The position numbers were made by a program, and so were the translations under genes. A stretch of DNA of 39,528 nt from Polyangiaceae bacterium (GTDB lineage Bacteria; Myxococcota_A; Polyangia; Polyangiales; Polyangiaceae): positions 1-39,528 of the forward strand of contig JBNKBE010000035.1 of assembly GCA_050287085.1 (NCBI GenBank), given 5' to 3'. Positions 9,004-16,130 of this stretch are shown here, piece by piece. How positions within the stretch are numbered: the stretch's first letter is position 1; each line of letters starts with the position of its first letter. The notes beneath the pieces were generated by a model that did not search any database, was not told the DNA's origin, and saw only the letters and a program-made list of their open reading frames with translations.

Positions 9004-9161
9004 GCCCAACAGGCCATTGCACGCCGACAGCGGGCCTGGGCTGCCTCGCCTCGCTGCTACGCCCCGGTAGGTGGCGGCTGCTCGCCGCCGCTTCCTCATG
9101 GTAGTCTCGCCACCCGAACTGCTTTCCTTGCCCGCTGCGGGTGAATGGCAGGCCGTTTAGG
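9004..9161 (+). repeat. attC site (~158 bp)
   Basis: R'' GCCCAAC; GCCATT(G)CAC(G)CCG(A)CAGCGGGC pairs perfectly with GCCCGCTGCGGGTGAATGGC apart from three extrahelical bases; R' reads GTTTAGG. Confidence 0.9.
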
Positions 9162-9186
9162 GGGACTCCAGGAGTTACCGCCGTCG

Positions 9187-9594
9187 TCACTCGCGCGGAC
9201 TGTGAAGCTCAAAGTCCAGCACCTTAGCGTATTGAGCGAAGTCCCCGTCCGTCGTGTAGATCGCCAGGTCTCGCCGAGACGCAACCGCACAGAGCAGAAA
9301 GTCCATGTTGGAACCCTGGATCCCCTTCCCACGGCATCGGTTGAATGCGCTCGCCGCTTCTTCGTAGTCGGCCTCTTCCAGCTCCAAGTCCGGAAACGCC
9401 CGCAGGTGCTCGCGCAGCAGTTCGAACTGGGCTTTTGCCTTGACTCCGGACAACAGCTCCTGACGCACAGCCCCCATCAGGACTACCCGGCCTTCTTGAA
9501 TCAGCTCTCCCAGTTCCCGGGTCGTCGTGTCGTCCACTCGCTTCGCACGCCGCAACGCCAGAGACCACACCGACGTGTCCACCAGCACCCTCAC
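9187..9594 (-). CDS. vapC: PIN-domain toxin (VapC), no adjacent antitoxin
   Basis: VLVDTSVW, QELLSG, DFLLCA and IYTTDGDF motifs; GTG start. Confidence 0.88.
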   Translation of the reverse strand: MRVLVDTSVWSLALRRAKRVDDTTTRELGELIQEGRVVLMGAVRQELLSGVKAKAQFELLREHLRAFPDLELEEADYEEAASAFNRCRGKGIQGSNMDFLLCAVASRRDLAIYTTDGDFAQYAKVLDFELHSPRE

Positions 9595-9694
9595 TGGCCT
9601 GGGGTGCATCTGGAAGGTGTTTAGGACCGCTCGAAAACAGCTCACCAAAGTTTCACCACTCCCCACGCGATTGAGCCGATGCTAAGCTGTCTGC

Positions 9695-9860
9695 GTGTTG
9701 GACACCTCTCCAGAAGCTGCTCAAGCGCAGGTTGAAGCTCATCGAAGAATGGGTCCAGCTCGTAGATTTCGAACGGCTTGCGACATGAGTGACGCGTTTC
9801 GCCGAGTCGCACTGCAACGCGTCCGACAGCAGCATCCCGAACTCTCCGAGCACGGTTGTA
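9695..9860 (+). pseudogene. Small antitoxin-like gene fragment (DTSPEA type)
   Basis: MLDTSPEAAQAQVEAHRRMGPARR...RQQHPELS followed by unrelated sequence; preceded by TG-C-TAAGCT 6 nt before the GTG. Confidence 0.45.
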
Positions 9861-10140
9861 AAAGGCAGTCACCCGACTCGACTTGCCACAATTCGAGCCG
9901 TCCTCCTGCCTCTGCAACCGCAGCCGACTTCCGCCTCGGCGCCCGACCTCCCCGTGCAGGCCCGTTTCAGCGCTGCCGAGCCTTCGTCCTGTTCGCGTCC
10001 AGCAGGCAATCCTCGCCACCTGCTCCACAGACCGCGACCTCGGCTGCCCAGCTCAAGACCTGACGCCCCACGCCGGCGCCTAGCGCAGCGCTGAAGACCC
10101 CCCTTCGTCTGCAAGTCGATGACCACGTAATACGGACTAC

Positions 10141-10281
10141 CCATAACGCCAATGAACACCGACGGGCAGTCTGAAGCGCCTCGCTTCGCTTGAAGGTCTC
10201 CTGAAGCTGGCGTCTGGTCGCCGCCGCGGTTTGCTGGTAGCCTCGCATCCTGGTAGGGCTTGCCAGTAGCTCCCCGCGGGT
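10141..10281 (+). repeat. attC-family copy lacking R'
   Basis: Near-copy of 2365-2507 (GCCAATGAACACCGACGG...GGTTTGCTGGTAGCCTCGC...TTGCCAGTAGCTCCCCGCGGGT); similarity stops before L'/R'. Confidence 0.8.
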
Positions 10282-10427
10282 TTCGGGCTGGAAACGGTCA
10301 CGGAAAATGTCGGCAGGAGGACTTACACGTTTGAACAGGATTCCCAAAGAATGACCACGCGTGCGGAAGGCCCCATTTGCAATCCCAAGCCGTGACGGCC
10401 ACGATAACCGATCGCAAGAGGTGAACG

Positions 10428-10979
10428 ATGTGGGAAGAATTACGATCCAGCCTGAAGTCGATTCCTTCGCGGGGTAGGGAGTTTCCGCTACCAACGGATG
10501 CGAGTCTGGATGCGGCCGAAAAGAAACTCAAACTCAAATTGCCCGCGGGTTATCGGGAATTCGCGAAGGCTTTTGGTTGCGGCAAATTGGGCGATTACTT
10601 CCTCATAAGCGTTCCGGTCAAGGATTTGCAAATGTCGGACTTGGCCTTCTTTTCGGATTTTGTCCGGGACAATGCCGAGCTTTACGAAGACATGTACGGA
10701 GACAAGGCTTTCGTCAAACGAATGGTCGGTTTCGGATCCACGGTTGGCGGGGATATCCTGGTCTGGGATCCCAAGGACGTCACGGACAAAGCCAACAATG
10801 AATATGGGATTTACGTCCTGCCCGACGACAAGGATAAAATCGTGAAGCTGTCCAAGGACTTCGCGGGTTTTGTCGAGAACGCCGTATTCGGCGCCAATTT
10901 CAAAAAGGCTCTGAAATTGAAGAAGTGGACGACGGAAAAGACTTTTGAGCCCTGGGGCAAAGACACACCGGGAGTGTGA
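10428..10979 (+). CDS. SMI1/KNR4 family immunity protein
   Basis: LDAAEKKLKLKLPAGYREFAKAFGCG...GFGSTVGGDILVWD motifs; GAGG RBS; visibly more AT- and Lys-rich than neighbours. Confidence 0.85.
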   Translation: MWEELRSSLKSIPSRGREFPLPTDASLDAAEKKLKLKLPAGYREFAKAFGCGKLGDYFLISVPVKDLQMSDLAFFSDFVRDNAELYEDMYGDKAFVKRMVGFGSTVGGDILVWDPKDVTDKANNEYGIYVLPDDKDKIVKLSKDFAGFVENAVFGANFKKALKLKKWTTEKTFEPWGKDTPGV

Positions 10980-10984
10980 CTGGA

Positions 10985-11264
10985 ACCGAAGGCATCGACT
11001 CGGGTGCAAGACCGGAGTCAGCGTCGCACTTCCAGCGCTGCCCGGCGCGCCAGCCGTGGTGGAGCTGCCTGGCACGCCGGTCGTGGCGCCACCGTCTCCC
11101 TGAGCCGGCCGTTTGTTACCCTGCGTGCCGCAGCCCGTTGAGCCGAGCATCCACGCAACCGCAAAGACTAGCAGCGAGTCCCGGCGCAGAGTCAGGCATG
11201 TGTCCCCGGATCGCCTATCAGCCGCGAAGGCGCGCGCCACATTCGTCTGGGAACTCGGCATCAA
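10985..11264 (-). pseudogene. N-terminal fragment of a lipoprotein gene
   Basis: LLVFAVAWMLGSTGC lipobox plus a Gly/Thr linker, then collides with the SMI1 gene. Confidence 0.4.
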
Positions 11265-11395
11265 GCGCCTCGTGAAAGAGGCGCCGCGCTGCGCTTAGCC
11301 GTGGCTCAACGCGACGAGCAGGCTGGCGCTGATGCCAGCACAGGATGGTTGGCGACGTTGAGCACGACCGCGACGAGCACCAGGGGAATCACTGC

Positions 11396-11430
11396 TTGGC
11401 CGCCTGTCGGTGCTGCTCTACACTGCGCTC
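11396..11430 (+). promoter_or_regulatory. Promoter of the NUDIX gene, probably leaderless
   Basis: TTGGCC-17 nt-TACACT-6 nt-GTG(11431). Confidence 0.55.
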
Positions 11431-12456
11431 GTGAGCTCGCGCGTCCAGGTCGTCGGTGCTGCCATCGTGCGTGACCAGCGGTGCCTGGTCGCGCAGCGCG
11501 GCGTGGGCATGAGCTTGGCCGGCAAGTGGGAATTTCCGGGCGGCAAGGTCGAGCCGGGTGAGGCTCCCGAGCGGGCGCTCAGGCGCGAGATCGCCGAAGA
11601 GTTGGGGCTACGAGTCGTGGTTGGCGAGCGCTTGGGCACGGGCAGTGCGCACGCCGGGCAGCGCCTGATCCTGCTCGAAGTCTTCGGCGCGAGCATTGCG
11701 TCTGGCACGCTCGTGCTGCGCGAACATGCCCAGGTGGTGTGGGCCACGGCCGACGAGCTGTCGCGCTTCGATTGGGCCGAGGCCGACGTTCCTTGCGTGG
11801 CGCCGGTTCAGGCGTGGCTCGCGCAAGGTGGGACGCCCGGGCGCGACTGGTACGAGTGCGGTGCGAACATCGTCGTGTTCTGTGGAACGCTGGGCAGCGA
11901 CGGGCTGTACCGTATCTCGTCGGCAGGCGACTCCGGTTGGGAGTTCTGTCCAGTCGGCACCCGGCTTTGGGACTGGTACCATCAGGCCGCGTTCAACGCG
12001 CATCGCGCGCAGCCCACGACCGTGGACGACCACCCCCGCTTGCCGCCGCTCCCCAGCGTCTGGCCTCCGGAGGCGAGCATCACGGTTTTGGACGCCAAGC
12101 GTCGTTCGGTTCACGAGCAGGTTGGCAGCGCCGTGTGGGTCGCGGTCGAGCGCGCCGGGGGCAAGCTGCCAGTCACCATCGTGCTCAAGGAAGACGGCTA
12201 CGAAACCAGCTTCGGCGACGGCTGTTTCCGCGACTTTCACACCGCGTGCATCGACGAGGCAATGGCGCGAACCCTGGCGGCGCAAGTGAGCGCTTCGGGT
12301 CTCCTCGCCCACGTGCGCCGAGGCTGCCTGGAGACCGAAGCGGGCGAACTGCGGCTCACCATGGCGGACCAAGATCGCACGCCCTTCGACCACGTGACTC
12401 TGGCAGACGTGTGCGACGCGCTGGCCCGCCCGCCTGGCGGTGAAGGACGCTCGTGA
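11431..12456 (+). CDS. MutT/NudG-type NUDIX hydrolase with ~200 aa unknown C-terminal domain
   Basis: WEFPGGKVEPGEAPERALRREIAEELG Nudix box; LREH and WAEAD motifs. Confidence 0.85.
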   Translation: MSSRVQVVGAAIVRDQRCLVAQRGVGMSLAGKWEFPGGKVEPGEAPERALRREIAEELGLRVVVGERLGTGSAHAGQRLILLEVFGASIASGTLVLREHAQVVWATADELSRFDWAEADVPCVAPVQAWLAQGGTPGRDWYECGANIVVFCGTLGSDGLYRISSAGDSGWEFCPVGTRLWDWYHQAAFNAHRAQPTTVDDHPRLPPLPSVWPPEASITVLDAKRRSVHEQVGSAVWVAVERAGGKLPVTIVLKEDGYETSFGDGCFRDFHTACIDEAMARTLAAQVSASGLLAHVRRGCLETEAGELRLTMADQDRTPFDHVTLADVCDALARPPGGEGRS

Positions 12457-13033
12457 CTGGTGGGCCTAGCTCGACTGGTCGAGCGCCGTAACGATCGCGT
12501 GCACGCGGCGTGCGGCTTCGCCTTCGAGCAGAAGCACCTGAGCTACCGGTGTCGGGTTGTATTCTTGGTCGGCTTGTAGAAGAGCTCGCTCAGGACGAAC
12601 TTCTTCTTCTTCGGCTCGAAGCCCCGCGCGCCTACGACTGCTCGCTCTCTGCCGAAGACATTCTGCCCCAGACGGCGTGCTCTGGCTCTCCGCCACCCGA
12701 GAGCACCGCAGCATCCAAGGTGAGTCCGACGCCGCAATGCTCGCCATCGGCCGCGTCAGCACCCTCTACGAGTTCACCTTCGGCGAAAAGTGTGAAAGCG
12801 AAGCCTCGCTCAACGCCTGCCTCGCCTACGCAGAACAGCTCGCTGAAGCGCACACCGACTGTAAGACCGGTGTTGCGATCAACCCAGAGCTCGAGTGCCC
12901 CGCCTACCCGACTATTGAGTCCTGGACCCCGCCCCGCCATGGGGCCTCGACTGACTGGGTCCCAGATGCCATTGCAGACACGGATGCGGTGCTCTACAAG
13001 AACGGCAAAACGCGTCAAAAACGAGAAGCGCAT

Positions 13034-13483
13034 ATGCCTGATCCCAAAAGAGCGCTAACGATCTGCCACGTGCGGCTCCGCGACAAAGAACTGCCGCCCG
13101 ATACCTTGATCTGGGTCCACGGCGAGAGCGACCAGTACTGGGAAGTGGAGTACCAAGATAGGCGCGGAAAAATTCCGAGGAACGCCGCGGTACCCTACCC
13201 TGTCAAGGGCCCTTCGCTGGCGAAATTGAAAAGGCTCGACTCCTGTTTTGGCTTGGAAGACGACGCGTTCGTTCTCGAGCACCTCAGCAAAGAAAGCTAC
13301 TACGAGATACTGCGGTGTCGTGCACACGGACGCCGATTCTTGCGAGACACAAGAGGGGGGATCGGGATGTACACGGTACTGACACTCTTGGAGGACGACG
13401 AAGAAGGCTCGCCTGATGATATTTGGGCACGCTACCACTGGAAGTCGGACAGCTGGCTCTCGTTGGAAGGACGAACGCTCTAG
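13034..13483 (+). CDS. Hypothetical protein (possible SH3-like N-terminus)
   Basis: Protein-like 3' part of ORF 12557-13483 (YWEVEYQDRRGKIP); the upstream part looks like patchwork. Confidence 0.5.
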   Translation: MPDPKRALTICHVRLRDKELPPDTLIWVHGESDQYWEVEYQDRRGKIPRNAAVPYPVKGPSLAKLKRLDSCFGLEDDAFVLEHLSKESYYEILRCRAHGRRFLRDTRGGIGMYTVLTLLEDDEEGSPDDIWARYHWKSDSWLSLEGRTL

Positions 13484-13561
13484 TTGCGCGGCTCGCCGGG
13501 TGGTACAAACTCGTTTAAGGCGGAGATGAACCCCGATCGGTCAGAGGGCTTCTTGGCTGTC

Positions 13562-14497
13562 ATGCAAGGTTCGGCGTCTCGGAGTGCAGGACGTCTTGGC
13601 TTGTGTGCGAGTTTGACGTCGCTGGTCGTGTGTACCGCCGGCTGTCAGCCGAAGCTGGCCCCTCCAAGCAGGCCAGCTTCTAACTCGACATCAGCCCGCG
13701 CGGACGTGCAGCTGCCGCCTACCCTACCGAACTCAATTTCGACCCGCGCTTCGCGACATCTGGAGCCGCCAGGCCCCGTCACGGTCGCCGCGCCGTCGTC
13801 GGCGCCAGCTTCACCCCCGCCAACTCCAACAACTTCAGAGTCATGGGAGAAGCGGCTCAATCGATTGTACTCAAGCTACGAAGAGGGGGCCTCAAGGCGG
13901 AGGGAGGTTTACCGCGAACTCTTCGCATCCCGTCTCCAGTTCATCAGTAGACGGAGCGTCACCCTCGAGGAGGCCATTTCCAACATGGACGCCTTCTTTC
14001 TGAGTCATCCCAACCCCCGCTACAACGTGCGGCAAGTCGAGTCCACCTCGGCCAGAGCGGCGCGCGCATCAGTTGAAGCGCGTTGGGATGAAGCGTGCCC
14101 GAGCGACTGGTCCAGAGACGACTTTGGTTGCTTCCGGCACCTGCTCTTGGATATCGCGACAGAAGCCGATGAGCTGGGCAAGATCCACCAACTCCTGGAA
14201 AGCAAGGGCCATCCGTTCCGGTTCAAGGTCGATGCGCCCTCGATCGACGCGTACCTCATTCCTCAGTCTGGTTGCGACCGCGCAACGGCTGACTTGCAAC
14301 TCCCTCAAGGAACGGTGGTTGAGGCTACCGGCCGCTACATTCAGAGTCTCAGCTGCGGCCCGTGTGAGACGTTGCTCGAGTTTCAGTACCAAGGCGGCGT
14401 CTACTGGGCTGCTCAAATGACCTGCACGCGCACCTACGATACCGAAACGGGCCCGCACACGGAGATTGAGTCGCCTTTGTTGAAGCTCGAGGACTGA
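13562..14497 (+). CDS. Hypothetical lipoprotein
   Basis: LVVCTAGC lipobox, Pro/Ser linker, globular C-terminus; start uncertain. Confidence 0.65.
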   Translation: MQGSASRSAGRLGLCASLTSLVVCTAGCQPKLAPPSRPASNSTSARADVQLPPTLPNSISTRASRHLEPPGPVTVAAPSSAPASPPPTPTTSESWEKRLNRLYSSYEEGASRRREVYRELFASRLQFISRRSVTLEEAISNMDAFFLSHPNPRYNVRQVESTSARAARASVEARWDEACPSDWSRDDFGCFRHLLLDIATEADELGKIHQLLESKGHPFRFKVDAPSIDAYLIPQSGCDRATADLQLPQGTVVEATGRYIQSLSCGPCETLLEFQYQGGVYWAAQMTCTRTYDTETGPHTEIESPLLKLED

Positions 14498-14784
14498 CCC
14501 GAAGGCTTCAGTTCTGGTGGCGAAGGCGCGATGATGCAGGCGCTCCTTCTTGAGGCTGGCAAAGAAAAGCTCGGCGACGGCCCGTTCCGCTCATGCCTTG
14601 AGAGGCTTGCCACTCCGAGCGAGATACGTTGAGCAGTCGGCATAGGCGCTTCACAGAAGAACTAGCCGCCTCCGTACGGATGAGCTCAAAGGCGCTCACT
14701 TCCGTTCCTTCACGATTGCTGCATTGGTGGATTTCCTCGGACTGTAGTCCCTTTCCGGGTGTCCACCAAACCGGGGTAACTTCA
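14498..14784 (-). mobile_element. IS3-family remnant, internally deleted
   Basis: IRL TGAAGTTACCCCGGTTTGGTGGACA; OrfB pieces FELIRTE...LCRLLNVSRS and AELFFASLKKERLH. Confidence 0.8.
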
Positions 14785-14942
14785 TCTCCGCCTTGAATCT
14801 CTCCGCGAAATGCATGGCCTCCTCGGCCTTCTCGCCCCCGGCTGTCTCAGGTCAGCTCAAGCGGCAGCTTTCCTGACACAGGACCTCGCTCTGCGTGACT
14901 GCGGAGTTAGAGGAATGCTAGCGTTGGGTCTTCACCCAGTCA

Positions 14943-16130
14943 GTGCCTCTGATGCGAACTCTCCTCTTCCTCCTGGTTCTCGTCGGCTGTAGCCCCGCGC
15001 CACAGCCACCCCCGCAGGTACCATCCCAGCCATCGGCGCCGACACCCGTGCAGGGGAACACCAAGTCGCCCCTCCCTGCAAGCGCGCCCGAAGCAAGAAG
15101 CGACGCGCCCGAGGACGTGGCCAACGCGATGCTCCCGCTCTGGAGCCCGGTCCAAGCACCAGTGATGATGGAGCCGCCAAAGCGCTTCGTCATCCCGAAC
15201 GTGAACACCATCGAAGACTTCGTGGTGGACGAGCGAGGTCGCGCCTATGCCCTCGGAACGCTCGGCGAGCTCTTCGCCATCGACGATGGACGCGTCACGC
15301 AACTCATCGGCTCGTTCGTCGAGCGCGACGAGGAGGGCAATCCCATCAACTTCGGTCCAACTGACCGCGAACACGGCATCTACTGCTCGAACCAAGACCT
15401 GTTCACCCTCGGGTCTAGTCCAGGGGTGGGCACGCCCCGCCTTCAAACGAGTCACCTCTCTCGCGAAGGGAAGCCGCTCCCCAACACCGCCGCCGTCAGC
15501 CTCTGGGGCTCAAACGACTGGCAGATGCACCACTCGGGGGGAGCCCTCTGGGTAACCATCCTGGGAGCTGTCTCGCGCATCTTCCCTGAGCCAGCGCTTA
15601 ACATCCCCAATCCGCCCACCGACTTGGTCGACTCGTGGATCCCGCTCGGGATGACGGGCTCGCCGCCTGGATACCTGGACAAGGAGGGAAACCTGCACCG
15701 CTACAATGGCGTTCGCTGGGAGCTCTCTCGCATCGAGGAACCGTCCGGCACCCGATGGGTCTCGTGGACCATTGACGCAGAGAGTAACCTCTGGGGAGTC
15801 GTCGAGGACGACCGCACCCACGCCCGCTCCGTCGTACACAACGACGGGAACGGCTGGCGTCGCGGAGTCGTCGCGGGACTAGAGGCACCGACCCACGTCG
15901 CATCGCTGGGTGGGCACACGGCTTGGATCATCGGGGAGAAGGCGGTCGCCAAGTATGTGGGTGATCGCATAGTTCTCTCCCGGGATCTGCTCCAAGGGAC
16001 CAGGCACTATCTCGATCAGCAAGGCCGGCTCTGGACCTACGCTCCCCCGGAACACGGACCGCCAGAAGATTTGTTCGACACCGTGGACTGGACGGTCCTG
16101 CTCTTCACCGGTGAGGAGACCCAATTGTGA
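14943..16130 (+). CDS. Lipoprotein, probable beta-propeller
   Basis: LLVLVGC lipobox; Trp-rich repeats (RYNGVRW, DAESNLWG, DQQGRLW). Confidence 0.75.
   Translation: MPLMRTLLFLLVLVGCSPAPQPPPQVPSQPSAPTPVQGNTKSPLPASAPEARSDAPEDVANAMLPLWSPVQAPVMMEPPKRFVIPNVNTIEDFVVDERGRAYALGTLGELFAIDDGRVTQLIGSFVERDEEGNPINFGPTDREHGIYCSNQDLFTLGSSPGVGTPRLQTSHLSREGKPLPNTAAVSLWGSNDWQMHHSGGALWVTILGAVSRIFPEPALNIPNPPTDLVDSWIPLGMTGSPPGYLDKEGNLHRYNGVRWELSRIEEPSGTRWVSWTIDAESNLWGVVEDDRTHARSVVHNDGNGWRRGVVAGLEAPTHVASLGGHTAWIIGEKAVAKYVGDRIVLSRDLLQGTRHYLDQQGRLWTYAPPEHGPPEDLFDTVDWTVLLFTGEETQL

Larger units (their letters stand above)
1..10979 (+). mobile_element. Integron-type gene cassette array (no intI in window), partly decayed
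   Basis: Repeated RYYYAAC...GTTRRRY imperfect palindromes separate 1-3-gene units; cassette starts are complementary to the R'' of the following attC; cargo is rich in TA and immunity genes. Confidence 0.85.

Noticed and set aside
9860..10083. FEPSSCLC peptide as a TnpB zinc-ribbon fragment
   Set aside because: Only a few residues match; the second Cys pair and the RuvC motif are absent.
2365..10281. The ~150-bp repeats as MITEs, REPs or ncRNA genes
   Set aside because: They have AAC/GTT ends, extrahelical bases, one orientation and gene-boundary positions, with no target duplications; attC explains them better.
12466..13033. Upstream part of ORF 12557-13483 and the opposite-strand ORFs as genes
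   Set aside because: They look like joined fragments in different frames; no family could be recognised.
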